Counted from the stretch's first letter, positions 51,921-63,729 are shown. The stretch: DNA of 64,000 nt from an uncultured bacterium (GCA_963749495.1 CAVVMW010000010.1:736862-800861), one strand, 5' to 3'. The notes: a model not told the origin generated them from the letters alone. Numbers and translations: made by a program.

Positions 51921-54467
51921 GTGTTCCTGGTGCCTCACCTGGACGCCGCGCTGGCGGACCTGGGCGAGGCGGATCGAACTGCCATCGTGCTCCGTTTCCT
52001 CGAACGGCGGAGCTTTCGCGACCTGGCCGCAACGCTGAGCATTAGCGAGGACGCCGCGAAGAAGCGGGTCGCGCGGGGCCTGGAAAAGCTCCGCGTTGTG
52101 TTCAACCGGCAGGGTGTGACGCTCGGCGTGGGCGCGCTCGCGGCGGTGCTGAGTGCGCGAGCGGTCGAGGCCGCGCCGGCAGGTCTGCTGAGGGCCTCCG
52201 TTCGGGCGGGCGTGTCAGGCGGAATCGTTGCCGAACCGGGCGTGGGAGCGGTGGTCTCCGGTGTGGTGCGGGAGACCCTGATTTCCCGGCTTAAATGGGG
52301 CGGCGCGGTGGCGGGGAGCGTGCTCTTGCTGGCGGTGATAGGGACGCTTCATGGGACAAGGCCGGGTTCCGGGGTCAGAGAAGAGACGCGAAGCTCTGCG
52401 AGCGGCGACGGCGCCAAGGCCGTTGCGGGCCTGCAAGGCCGCCGCGAGCATGCGCCGGCCCCCGTCCCTGATTCAGCGGATGGCCGGGCCATGCTCCTGC
52501 GCGTGGTAGCCGACGAGAACGACCAGCCGCTGGCCCAAGTCGCAGTCCAGGCGGAATTCATCATCATGCCCGGCTCGGTCCTCTCCACCTTTGTGACCGA
52601 TTCAGGAGGCGCGGCGCGAATCGTGCTTCCGGCCGGGTCCGTCGATGGGATGAGCTGCTGGGTCTCCGCGCCCGGGCGCGTTCCCACGACTGTCTCCTGG
52701 AACAACAGAATACGCATGGCTTCGCTGCCGCCGGAGTATGCGTTGCGCCTGCCGCAGGGCCGGTTCGTCGCGGGAACGGTGGTTGATGAAACGGGCCAGC
52801 CGGTTGCTGGCGCCACGGTCCATTTCCAAGGGGAAGGGATGCGCGAGGACAGCCGCGATTTCGCCGATTATGCGGGTCCTCTTTCCTTGGCGCAGTCCGC
52901 GCGCATGGCGCCGCCGACGACCGATGCGGAAGGGCGCTGGTCGGCCGATTTCATTTCACCCCGGGCCAAGAGCCTCTTCGGTTACGTGCAACATCCCGAG
53001 TATGCGACGACGCAGTTCGGCCATATTGAGCCGCCGGACCCGGTGCGGCCCTCGACCAACATCGTTTTGGTCCTGGAGCGAGGCGGCTCGGTAGCCGGAG
53101 CGGTGCGGGATGCGGCGGGCGCGCCCATCCAGGAGGCGCACGTGGACCTCCAGAGCCAATTCGGGCTTCCCGCGCGTTGGATGAAGACCGATGCGTCCGG
53201 GCGGTTCGAGTTTCAGCGGGTTGGGACCGGCCCATCGTTCCTTATGACAACAGCCAAAGGGTTTCAGCCCGGTGAGCAATTGTCCATCCGGGGGGGAGAG
53301 GCAACCAACCTTGACATCGTGCTAAAGGCGCTCCGGGTTGCTGGAAGCTCGGTCATCAGAGGCAGAGTGGTCGGCGAGGACGGGAAGCCGATTGGCCGGG
53401 TCGGGGTCGGCCTTGCGCCCGGGCAACCCGGCCTGGAAGAAGTCAATTGGGCCGCTGCCACGGACGCCGAAGGCAGGTTCGCCTGGACCTCGGCGCCGGG
53501 TCGTCCCGCCAAGCTGGTCGTTGGCGGCTCGATGTGGGACTGGGAGGAGCAGCAGGTGGAGTTGGCCCCGGATGGACAGGAAGCGGTCATCACACTGAAA
53601 CCCAAGGCGAAGATCCTGGTTCATGGGACGGTGACGGACAAGTCAACCGGGAGGCTGCTGCCGGAATTCAAAGTGCTCTGGGCGGCGGGGATCCAGAGCG
53701 GGTATGTGGTGAATACGGAGGTGTTGATCGAAGGCCAGGACGGCCGGTTCGCCGTGAACCTGTTGCCTGAGCAGGTCCGCAGCTACGGCCCTCCGGGCAG
53801 CAGCACTCGCCTCGATTTCCAGGCCCCCGGCTATGTCAACAAGGTGGTCCGGCTCAACTCGGGGACCCATGACATCCCCCTGGACATAGAACTGGAACCC
53901 GCGGCGGACATCATCGGCACAGTGCTCCGCCCGGATGGCAGCCCGGCCGCGGACGCCAGGGTGTTCTTCCGAGGCGAACACTTCCGCTTCCGCGTCGGGG
54001 AGCATGGCTCTGTCTCGATGCCGGCCCGCGAGTATCCTTTTGCCGTCGAGACCCGCGCGAGAGCGGATGGGACGTTTCGTATTGCGAAGATTGACGCAGT
54101 GCAGCGGTTGGAAGTGGTGCATCCCGAGGGCTGGGCCAACGTCGGCATCGAGGCGCCCTCGACCGCAGTCATCCAGTTGCAGCCGTGGGGGCGGGTCAGC
54201 GGCGTGGTTCGCTCGGGTCAGGACGTTTTGCCGGGGGTTGAAGTCCGGACGACCCAATCCGGGACCGGGCCGGAGCAGATGTTGTTTGATTACACTGCAA
54301 AGACCGACTCGGAAGGGCGCTTCGAGTTTTCCAGCCTGCCGGGAGGCCGCGCGCGGGTATTCGTGCCCCCGCCTGCGGATGGCCAGGGGACAAACCGGGC
54401 CGTCCAGGACATCTCCGTGGATCCCCGGCAGCACGTCAGCGTCACGCTCTTGCTCCAGGCGGAGTGA
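51921..54467 (+). pseudogene. ECF sigma factor fused to carboxypeptidase-regulatory-like repeats; sigma region 2 missing
   Basis: Starts at region 4 (LDAALADL..DRTAIVLRF...AAKKRVARGLEKLR), then a TM segment and GxVxDxxGxP/TDxxGRF repeats. Confidence 0.8.
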
Positions 54468-54636
54468 GGGAAGGTGCTGCGCGTGGCGTTATCTCCCCCT
54501 TTTCCCGAGCCAAGGCTTGGCTGGCGAGCTCGGCCGGCGCATCGGCCAGCACTGCTCGTTTGGTAATCCCGAGAGTGGCCCGATCTTGACACCCAGGGAC
54601 TGCCTGGATATTGTCATGGTTGAGCAACCCGTTTGA

Positions 54637-55692
54637 ATGAGGTGTTTTCTCAATAGTCTTTCGGCGCTGGCGCTGTCGGCTGTCACTTGTTCGTCTGCAC
54701 GATCTCAGCCACTTGGGCAGTTCCAACTCGGGCCGCCCGCCTCGTTGGCCGGCGGCGCTATTGGGTTTGGTGTTTCCGCTCCTCTGGGCCGCACTTACGT
54801 CCTGGACGCCGCAACACAAATCGGCTCCTGGACTGCCGTGTTTACTAACATCGGTTCCATCGGGCCGCCGTTGTTCGTGCAGACCAATGCCTCCGAGTTC
54901 CCCCACCGCTTTTATCGCGGCAGGCTCTACTGGACGGTCATTGTCCCCAACACCTATCCGGCGTGGTCCACGGCACAGGGCTCGGACGGAAGAGCGATTG
55001 CGTTTCCGTCTGTCTGGTCAACGCTCCAGGGGCCCGACGGACGACTGATCGCCATCCCTCCCGGCTGGAACGCCACCAACGGCCCTGACGGCCGGGCCGT
55101 TGCTTTCCCATCCGGTTGGGCTGCAGCCGCGGGTGCGGATGGAAGGCTTGCGGCCTTTCCCTCCAGCGGTTTCACGACGGCGCAAGGCAGTGACGGTCGA
55201 ACGGTGCCCTCTCCGCCATCGGGTTGGGTGACAACTCAGGGTTCCGATGGTCGCGCCGTCGCCTACCCAAGCGTCGGGTGGGGCGCGCCGCAAGGGATCG
55301 ACGGGCGGGTTGTCGCCCTTCCGTCCTCCAGCTTTTCAACCCTGGAGGGCAGTGATGGGCGTCTGGTCGCCTATCCGTCGCGTGGCTGGGTGACAGGGCA
55401 AGGCCCCGATTCACGCCTGGGCGCATCCCCGCTCTCCTCGTTCACGGCGGTCGCAGGAGCGGATGGGAGGCTCATTGCCTATCCGGCGTCGGGTTGGGCA
55501 TCGCGGTCGGGCACAGACGGCAGGTCGATTGCGTATCCGATGAATTCCGATGGGGCTATCGAGTTGGCCATCCAGGACCAGTCGCTCATTGCCCGACTCG
55601 GTTATCTGAGGTCGCTTCTCTCGGACGCGGGCTTTAGGGACTACGTTCTTTACAGCTTCTTTGGAACGGGTGAGCAGCAGTTTGCACGTTGA
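54637..55692 (+). CDS. Secreted protein with about twelve 16-17-aa GxDGR repeats
   Basis: Repeat unit W/F-x-T-x-x-G-x-D-G-R-x-[IV]-A-[FY]-P. Confidence 0.8.
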   Translation: MRCFLNSLSALALSAVTCSSARSQPLGQFQLGPPASLAGGAIGFGVSAPLGRTYVLDAATQIGSWTAVFTNIGSIGPPLFVQTNASEFPHRFYRGRLYWTVIVPNTYPAWSTAQGSDGRAIAFPSVWSTLQGPDGRLIAIPPGWNATNGPDGRAVAFPSGWAAAAGADGRLAAFPSSGFTTAQGSDGRTVPSPPSGWVTTQGSDGRAVAYPSVGWGAPQGIDGRVVALPSSSFSTLEGSDGRLVAYPSRGWVTGQGPDSRLGASPLSSFTAVAGADGRLIAYPASGWASRSGTDGRSIAYPMNSDGAIELAIQDQSLIARLGYLRSLLSDAGFRDYVLYSFFGTGEQQFAR

Positions 55693-55763
55693 AGTTGTGG
55701 CACCACCCGAGCTTGATCTCTGCTGGACGAATAGAGGAACACAAAACCAAAAACGAACGAGAT

Positions 55764-56063
55764 ATGAAAAAGAGAGAGATGGGTCTTGTATTGCTGGGAG
55801 TGTGCGTCGCGCTTGGCCTGGCTGTAGTATTGTCGGTAATCGGTTACACGCCCAAGGCACGCGCCCAAGGTGCTGCGGCTGCCGTGGGTCCTCCGGCCGG
55901 CAGTGCTCCAACGGTCATGGTTACGGGGGGGCCGGGAGCAGGCGTTATTGTGGTGAGTGATGCCGCGGGCAGGAGGATCACCGCGGTCAGCTATGTGGCT
56001 GCCTCCGGTGGTTTCACCAATGCGGCGATTGAACTCAGCAGTCCGCGCTCATTCACGTATTAG
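55764..56063 (+). CDS. Small secreted hypothetical protein
   Basis: Hydrophobic leader with an ARA cleavage motif. Confidence 0.55.
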   Translation: MKKREMGLVLLGVCVALGLAVVLSVIGYTPKARAQGAAAAVGPPAGSAPTVMVTGGPGAGVIVVSDAAGRRITAVSYVAASGGFTNAAIELSSPRSFTY

Positions 56064-56129
56064 CCACGCCAATTGGTCCCGGTTCTCGCCGAGGTTCTGG
56101 ACGGCGTTGGCGATGTTGTCCGTATCCGC

Positions 56130-56385
56130 CTGGGTGCCAGGCGGCGCGCTCCGGTCGATCCAGAAACGCGATGTACTTTTCCACCTCGGCAAAGGGGCGG
56201 AGATGGGCCGGGTCCACGCCCGCCTTGCGAAGCGGGCATTCAATTGCGGTCAGTCCGGGTTGGTGGGTGGCAGGCGACGATTGAGGATCCATCCCAGCGC
56301 CCGCCGACACGGGGCGCGTCTGCCGACAGGCCGAACTACAAAGCGCCAACACCAGGAGTGAACCGCAGAAGATGTGACGGGTCAT
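56130..56385 (-). pseudogene. N-terminal fragment of a methyltransferase-like lipoprotein
   Basis: ECPLRKAG...EKYIAFLDRPERAAW; protein-like sequence ends there. Confidence 0.5.
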
Positions 56386-56430
56386 AGAGTTTTGCCCGGG
56401 GAATAGGGTATCCCGGTTTCAGCCGCCCTC

Positions 56431-56730
56431 TTAACGGCCTCCAGAGTCGGGTTGATCCGAACCGAGCCGGTTCCTGGCCTGCTGCACCGTGTCCAGCAGG
56501 CTCAGCACCTTAGACGGAGGGGCAGAAACGCTGGCACCCTCGACTTGGGCCGTGGTCTCTTCCGGCAGATGCGACCGCAGGAAGGCCCGCACATCGAATT
56601 GTTCCCACCAGCAGTCGAGGATCAGCCGGCAGGGTTTGCCACGGGCCTCCTGGCGGCAGTATCCGAAAGCCACCTCGTGGCCAAGGCGGCGGCAACGCAG
56701 CAGAACGTCCTGGTCGTGTTGGCTCAGCAT
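56431..56730 (-). CDS. Cys-containing hypothetical protein
   Basis: RCRRLGHEVAFGYCR...PCRLILDCW. Confidence 0.75.
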   Translation of the reverse strand: MLSQHDQDVLLRCRRLGHEVAFGYCRQEARGKPCRLILDCWWEQFDVRAFLRSHLPEETTAQVEGASVSAPPSKVLSLLDTVQQARNRLGSDQPDSGGR

Positions 56731-56774
56731 TGGCTCAGACTACCGCGAAACTGCTGGGTGTGCCATGAAATTGA

Positions 56775-57776
56775 TCAGGGCCGCTCGAACCGTTCGTCAG
56801 CGAGAACGGCTTTGGTGTCTTTGCCCTCGAGCCATCCGACACGGCCACCCTCGAAGCAATCGAAGGCGGGCACGTAGGGTTTGATGTCCAGCAAGGGCGT
56901 CTCGTCCAGGATATCCACCTCGCCAATCCGAAGCCGGTTCCCATCAACGCCCAACAACCGCACATTCGACAGGCCAATTGCATTGGGCCGGCAGGGTGAG
57001 CGCGTGGCAAAAACGCCGTGCTGCTGCAGGTCCAGGAACGGCTCTACCACCAACTGGGCGGGCGTCGTCCGATCTAACCAGTAGATCTCATCGAGGAGAA
57101 TCGTCCCACCCTCCGCCAGCGCAAACCGGCACGGCTTGTCGCGCCGGGCGTCGGTGAAGGCGCCGGCTTTGTAGCCAAACAGCTCCGATTCCAGCAGATT
57201 ATCGGGCAGCGCCCCGCAGTTGATGGCCACAAATCGCTTTGCGCGCCGCCGGGACAGGTTGTGTACCGCGCGGGCAAAGAGCTCCTTGCCTGTGCCGCCG
57301 GCCCCCTCGATGAGCACCGCGCTGTCGCTCTCGGCAATCTGCGGTAGGATCTCGAAAAGCTGCCGCATCGCCGCACCGCGCCCGATGATGTCCGAAAAAG
57401 AGTTCTGCTGCTGCAGCTCGCGGTGAAGCTCCTCGACCAAGCGCAAGTCGCGAAAGCTCTCCACCCCGCCAATAATCCGGCCGCGCTCATCCTTCAAAGC
57501 CGCAGTGGAAATGCTGATGGGGATTTTCTGTCCGCGCGCGTCAACGATATAAACCACCCGGTTGACCACCCGACGGCTGGTGGACAGGGTCTGCTTGAGC
57601 GCACAGGCGTTTTCGCAGATGCTGGCGCGAAACACGTCACAGCAGCGGCGGCCCACCGCGTCGTCGCGCTTGATCCCAGTGATCTGCTCGGCGGCGCGGT
57701 TGAAAAAGGTCACGCGCCAGTCAGCGTCCACCGTGAACACGCCATCAGGAACGTAATCCAGCAGATTGTCCAACAT
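56775..57776 (-). pseudogene. Deletion chimera: PAS/sigma-54 activator N-terminal half fused in frame to TrmO/TsaA C-terminal half
   Basis: GTGKELFA, ESELFG and GAFTDA up to LDEI, then YWLD..GVFATRSPCRPNAIGLS..TPLLDIKPY. Confidence 0.88.
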
Positions 57777-58029
57777 CCCTCGCAGCTTATGCGCCTGACC
57801 GCCTTGGCGCCAGCACCAACAGTCGGGCGCGAAAGGGGGCGTTGCAACTCGCCACGCTCGGTCGGACCCGCGCCGACATTCCGGCCCTGCTCTGAGCAGG
57901 ATCGTCAAGCCTCAGCCTGCTGGCGCAGCGATTGCTTGTGTGCCTGTGAACTGAAAATGCGCGCTGGCCAGATCCAACTCAAAACCCTGTAAACCGAGGC
58001 CCATCTGTTCTGCCTGGTTTGCATTGGAT

Positions 58030-58370
58030 CCAACCCCTATGGTTTGGCATTGGAATTCGAGGTCAACGAGGATGGCATCGTCACCACGTCATTTCTCGCA
58101 AACCCGGCCCTGGAAGGCTCTCAGGGACTGGTGCACGGAGGGATGATCGCATCGCTGCTGGATGGAGCCATGACCAACTGCTTGTTCGCTCACGGCCTGT
58201 TGGCGGTCACTGCGGAATTAAAAGTGCGTTATCGCCGGCCCGTCGTAATCGGGTGCGAGATGGCGGTCCGTGCCTGCATAGAAAAACGGCATGCACCTCT
58301 CTGCCTCATGCGGGCTGAGTTGAATCAGGAGGGCCACGTCAACGTCCGGTGCTGTGCCTGGCGCATGTGA
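58030..58370 (+). pseudogene. PaaI thioesterase, probably truncated
   Basis: HGGMIASLLDGAM and TAELKVRYRRPV. Confidence 0.7.
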
Positions 58371-58536
58371 CGAACTGCATGGCGAAGAGCGAAGGTGACT
58401 TTGAGAAGGGCGAGGCCGAGGGGAGCGTGGCGGTGTTGGGTCTGTTGGGGGAGATTGCCGGGGAGTGGAGAAAGAGGGATGGGGTGATTTGACAAAGTGC
58501 GCGTCCGAATTACGGTTATCGAGTCGATAACCGTAG

Positions 58537-58884
58537 ATGAGCACTGAGAACATGGAAGGCGTCAGTCGCGAGATTTTGCTGAGTTTCTGGAAGGTGCACA
58601 TTTTATGCCACGCCGGGGTGGAACCGGTGCATGGGCCTTGGATTCTGACGCAATTGCGCCGGCATGGGTATGAGATAAGCCCGGGCACGCTGTATCCGTT
58701 GCTGAGCCGGATGGAACGGCTGGGGTGGCTTAAGGCCGAGGCGGTGCCGCGGGGCGGGCGGCGGGCACGGCGGGATTATCGTCTCACGGCCAAAGGGGGG
58801 AAGGTCCTGGAACTGATGCGGGTGCAAATCCGGGAACTTTACGAGGAGGTTGTCGAGGGTCCTGGGAAAGGGCCAAAATTATGA
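58537..58884 (+). CDS. PadR-family transcriptional regulator
   Basis: SPGTLYPLLSRME and YRLTAKG. Confidence 0.92.
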   Translation: MSTENMEGVSREILLSFWKVHILCHAGVEPVHGPWILTQLRRHGYEISPGTLYPLLSRMERLGWLKAEAVPRGGRRARRDYRLTAKGGKVLELMRVQIRELYEEVVEGPGKGPKL

Positions 58885-59387
58885 ATCTGCTCAAATGTTG
58901 CGCTTCAATCCGGGCGCCGGCATCAGTGCTGCTCATTCGGGTTATGGTGGGCGTGGTGTTTTTGACGGAGGGCGTTCAGAAGTTCCTTTATCCCGACGAA
59001 CTGGGCGTCGGGCGTTTCATCAAGATCGGGATTCCCGCGCCGGAAGTGATGGGGCCACTTGTCGGGGTCGTTGAAATCGTCTGCGGCGGGTTGTTAATCC
59101 TCGGACTGCTGACGCGGTTGGCGGCGATCCCACTCGTCGTCAACATATCGACGGCCATTGTTTCGACGAAGATTCCGATGCTGCTCGGACACGGGTTTTG
59201 GACGTTCACACTGGCCAAGCTGCCGCGCTACGGCTTTCTGAGCATGATGCACGAGGCGCGCACGGATTTTTCAATGTTGCTGGGCCTGCTGTTCCTGCTG
59301 ATCGTCGGCGCGGGCGCGTGGTCGGTGGACGCCAGACTCGGGAGACAGGGAGAGACGAATCGAGAGGAGAAAAGCACAAGCATATGA
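58881..59387 (+). CDS. DoxX-family membrane protein
   Basis: EGVQKF, LGLLTRLAA and GAGAWSVD. Confidence 0.9.
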   Translation: MNLLKCCASIRAPASVLLIRVMVGVVFLTEGVQKFLYPDELGVGRFIKIGIPAPEVMGPLVGVVEIVCGGLLILGLLTRLAAIPLVVNISTAIVSTKIPMLLGHGFWTFTLAKLPRYGFLSMMHEARTDFSMLLGLLFLLIVGAGAWSVDARLGRQGETNREEKSTSI

Positions 59388-59906
59388 AATTCAGCTTTGT
59401 CATCGCAACGGTTCTTGGGGTGGCAGCCCTGAGCGGCTGCACGACCGGCAGGCCGGAAATGATGGGGAACTTGCACCAGGAGCTAAATCCGGAATCGTAC
59501 CTATCTGCCCAACGCGGAGGCGTCGCGGGTCGTGAGCGTGGCCACGAACGGGGTAGTTGCGGCCAATATTCTGGTGCAGACGCACCGGGTGGCGGTGAAG
59601 GAGACCGGGCCGAAGGAGACGGTGGAGAAGTTCGGGGAGGTATATGCGTTCTCGCCGAACTTCTTTGCGGTGCATCGGGAGGAAGCAACAAAGATTCGCT
59701 TCTGGAACCTTCAGCCTGACGACAATCACGCCTTCATGCTCATCAGTCCGCGCTCGCAAGTCCTGATGAACTCGGCCCTGCCTCCGTTGAAGGAGACTGC
59801 TTATTTATTCACTTTTCACGAGGAAGGGCTGTATAGCTTCGTGTGTTCACTCCACCCGAATGCGATGTTCGGCCAGATTCTGGTGCTGCCCCCGCGGGCA
59901 CCGTGA
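59384..59906 (+). pseudogene. Cupredoxin-domain lipoprotein, frameshift near 59500
   Basis: Lipobox LSGC and a C-terminal YSFVCSLHPNAMFG copper motif, which lie in different frames. Confidence 0.7.
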
Positions 59907-59934
59907 CCGGGCGGGCGGTTGCCAGATAACACCC

Positions 59935-60060
59935 GAACCCCGCAACCGGGCGTTGGTGCATGGCGCCAGAGCAGGCGACTTGGACGCCTTCGGGGCACTG
60001 ACCAGCCGTTACGAGCACCGGGTCTATACCCTCGCTTTGCGAATGTTACGCCAAGAGCAG
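59935..60060 (+). pseudogene. ECF sigma factor region-2 fragment
   Basis: ALVHGARAGDLDAFGALTSRYEHRVYTLALRML. Confidence 0.65.
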
Positions 60061-60279
60061 GGCGGGCCGGCAAAGTCCGGCCCCCACAAGGTGGTCCGGC
60101 CCAGCCCAGCGCTGGCACGAATTGTTCCAACCCGGCCACCGCGGCGGCGCCTCATCCGGCTGAAAAGCCGTGGAAAACAGTCAATTAAGAGCTTTCCCTG
60201 CCCTGGCACGGCATTTGCGGGAGGAACATCATGAAATGTCAGCGGACGGCTACGTTTATCGCTGACGCCGCTCTTGCGG

Positions 60280-60468
60280 CGGCGGTCTGAGCGCGATTGG
60301 GGCGGGCTGGTACAGCCTGGGCATTCCCAAGGACAGCATATGGCAGTATGAAACGGCGCTCGAGACCGGCAAAGTTGTAATGATTGCCGACGGCTCAATG
60401 AATGACACAACCCATGCCGAAGAAACCCTCAACCGCACCAGGCCGGAGACGCTGGAGCACAATCAGTG
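60280..60468 (+). pseudogene. General-stress membrane protein C-terminal fragment
   Basis: GGLSAIGAG.YSLGIPKDSI.QYETAL..GK. Confidence 0.55.
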
Positions 60469-60559
60469 AACGCACCCGCGATGAGCCACTGACGGGATTG
60501 ACGAAAACGGTACAACGCGTCAGCGTCGCCGCCAACCGTGCAAATCCCGACGAGAAACC

Positions 60560-62635
60560 ATGAAAAGACAAACCCGTGTCAGCCACCCGACATACAGCCT
60601 TCTGCCGACGGAAGTCGAGGGATTCGACTCCCTGGCCGAGTTGGCCCTGGATATGCGCTGGTCGTGGAATCATTGCGCCGACAAAGTGTGGCGGCTGCTT
60701 GATCCTGCACTCTGGGAACTCACGCGGAACCCTTGGGTTGTCCTGCAGACGGTCTCGCGGGACCAACTCGAGCGCGTGCTGGCCGATCCCGCCTTCCGTA
60801 AGAACGTTGATGACCTGTTGCGAGCCAAGCATCGCGCGGCGGAGGCGCCCGCGTGGTTCCAGCAGCAGCATCCGCAGGCTCCTTTGAGCTGCGTCGCGTA
60901 TTTCAGCATGGAATTCATGTTGAGCGAAGCACTCCCGATTTACTCAGGCGGGCTGGGCAATGTGGCCGGTGATCAGCTCAAGGCCGCCAGCGACCTGGGC
61001 GTGCCGGTGGTCGGAGTGGGGCTGCTCTATCAGCAAGGCTATTTTCGCCAGGTGATTGACAAGGACGGAGCGCAACAGGCCCTCATCGAGCAATACCTCG
61101 GTGGTTATGCCGAAAAGAAACTCGGTATTACGCTCCAGGACCTGCTGGCCCTGGGCCGCCAGAACCCGAAGGACGGGTCGGAGAGCTTCAACATGGCCTA
61201 CCTGGCAATCCGGGGCAGCGGAGCGGTCAATGGCGTGAGCCGCCTGCACGGGAAAGTCAGCCGGCGCCTCTTCGCGCCTCTCTTTCCGCATTGGCCAGCA
61301 GACGAAGTGCCCGTTGGGCACGTGACTAACGGGGTGCACATGCCGAGTTGGGACTCGGCGGCCGCGGACGAGCTCTGGACGGAAGCCTGTGGAAAAGACC
61401 GCTGGTTGGGGGGGACGGAAACCCTGGGGAAGGACATTCGCCGAGTCTCCGACGCCAAGCTCTGGCAATTTCGCACGGCCGCCAGCAAGTCGCTCATTGA
61501 CTTCGCTCGCCAGCGCCTGGCCCGGCACTATGCCGCCGCCGGCGCGTTGCCCGAGGCGGTTGAGGAGGCGAGGCATCTCTTCGATCCGAACGCGTTGACG
61601 CTGGGCTTTGCGCGCCGCTTCGCCACCTACAAACGACCGGACTTGCTGCTGCACGATCCGGGGCGGCTGCTGCGCTTGTTAACCAATCCCCAGCGCCCGG
61701 TGCAACTCTTCATTGCGGGCAAGGCCCATCCCGCGGACGCGGCGGGACAGGCCCTCATCCAGAAGTGGATACGGTTCATTCGCCAGCCCGCGGTCCGTCC
61801 TCATGCCATCTTTCTCAGCGACTACGATATGCATCTGACCGAGCGCCTGGTGCAGGGGGTGGATGTTTGGCTCAACACGCCCCGGAGGCCCTGGGAGGCG
61901 TGTGGAACGAGCGGCATGAAGGTGCTTGTCAATGGGGGCATCAACCTCTCGGAATTGGACGGCTGGTGGGCTGAGGCCTACACCCCGGAGGTGGGGTGGG
62001 TGTTGGGGGATGGTCAGGAGCATGACGCTGATCCGGCCTGGGATGAGGCCGAAGCCGTCGCCCTTTACGAGCGGCTGGAACGGGAGGTGGTCCCCGAGTT
62101 TTATGCCCGTGACGGCCAGGGCATTCCCACAGCCTGGGTGGCACGGATGCGGGAGAGCATGGCGCGGTTGACACCGCACTTTTCCGCCAACCGCACAGTC
62201 CGCGAATACACCGAGCAACACTACCTCCCGGCTGCGGCCGCCTACCATTCGCGGATGGCCAATAAAGGGGTAATCGGCGGGCAAATGGTCGAGTGGCAGC
62301 ACGGTTTGGAACAGAAATGGGCCAATCTGCGTTTTGGCGAAGTGAAGGTGGAGACTAAAGGCGAGCAGCACGTCTTTGAGGTTCAAGTGTATTTTGATGA
62401 CCTTGACCCGAAGGCCGTGCGAGTCGAGCTTTCTGCCGACGGAGCCAACGGCGATAACCCGGTCCGGCAGGAGATGGAGCGCGTTCGCCAACTGACCGGC
62501 TCGCCGGGCGGCTACGTTTACAGCGCGGCTGCGCCTGCGGCCCGTCCACCAGCGGACTATACCGCGCGAGTGATACCGCGTTGCGACGGGCTTGCGATCC
62601 CGCTGGAAAACGCAAGAATCCTGTGGCAGCGATGA
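60560..62635 (+). pseudogene. glgP: Alpha-glucan phosphorylase with an in-frame internal deletion near 61080
   Basis: YSGGLG, FARRFATYKR and the PLP motif EACGTSGMK are present. The central region normally containing the NEGH motif is missing. Confidence 0.85.
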
Positions 62636-62658
62636 CCCGATCGACGGAAGAAAAGCCG

Positions 62659-63729
62659 ATGAATACAGAAACTCTCTGCCCGGAACTGGAAGTGGAACAA
62701 CCTCAAATGAATACGCAAGAGCTTATAGACACCGCGAGGACGCTGGTCGCCGGCGACAAGGGCCTGCTGGCGATGGATGAAAGCCATCCAACCTGCAACA
62801 GACGATTCGCCAAGCTGGGGATTCCCCAGACCGAGGAGGCCCGACGTGCCTATCGTGAATTGATTGTGACCACACCCGGTCTCGGTGATTGCATTAGTGG
62901 CGCGATCCTCTTCGATGAGACGATTCGCCAGCACAAGAAAGATGGAACCCCCTTCGTTAAAGTCATCACCGATGCGGGAATCATTCCCGGCATTAAAGTT
63001 GACGCGGGTGCAAAGGACATGGCAGGTCATCCCGGGGAGAAAATAACCGAGGGTCTGGACGGATTGCGCGACCGACTGGCGGCGTACTCTCAAATGGGCG
63101 CCCGTTTTGCCAAGTGGCGTGCGGTAATTGCCGTGGGCGATGGCATTCCCACCCGGGGTTGCATCGAGGCCAACGCGCAGGCGTTGGCTCGCTATGCCGC
63201 GTTGTGTCAGGAAGCCGGACTGGTCCCCGTTGTCGAGCCGGAGGCGCTCATGGATGGCGAGCATACCCTCGAGCGGTGCTCCGAGGTAACGGAGGAAGTC
63301 CTGCGAACGGTTTTCAACCAGCTTTACACACAGCGGGTGATGCTGGAGGGTATGATCCTGAAGCCCAACATGGTGCTCCCGGGATTGACCTGCCCCAGAC
63401 AGGCAGCGGTGGACGAGGTGGCCGACGTCACGGTGAGGTGTCTCTTGCGAGCAGTCCCCGCTGCCGTTCCGGGGATTGCGTTCTTGTCGGGAGGCCAATC
63501 CGCTGAACTGGCCTCGGCCCGTTTGAATGCCATGAATGTCAGATTCAAGTCGCGACTGCCTTGGGCGCTGGCGTTTTCGTTTGCCCGCGCCATCCAGCAA
63601 CCGGCTTTGGAAATTTGGCGAGGCGAGGAGGCCCAGGTGTTGGCGGCGCAGCAAGCTCTGTCTCATCGAGCCAGGTGCAACCGGGCCGCGCGCCGTGGCG
63701 AATACAATGCCGCGATGGAAAGGGCATGA
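62659..63729 (+). CDS. Class I fructose-bisphosphate aldolase
   Basis: KGLLAMDES, GIKVD, FAKWR, LKPNMV and FLSGGQS. Confidence 0.95.
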   Translation: MNTETLCPELEVEQPQMNTQELIDTARTLVAGDKGLLAMDESHPTCNRRFAKLGIPQTEEARRAYRELIVTTPGLGDCISGAILFDETIRQHKKDGTPFVKVITDAGIIPGIKVDAGAKDMAGHPGEKITEGLDGLRDRLAAYSQMGARFAKWRAVIAVGDGIPTRGCIEANAQALARYAALCQEAGLVPVVEPEALMDGEHTLERCSEVTEEVLRTVFNQLYTQRVMLEGMILKPNMVLPGLTCPRQAAVDEVADVTVRCLLRAVPAAVPGIAFLSGGQSAELASARLNAMNVRFKSRLPWALAFSFARAIQQPALEIWRGEEAQVLAAQQALSHRARCNRAARRGEYNAAMERA

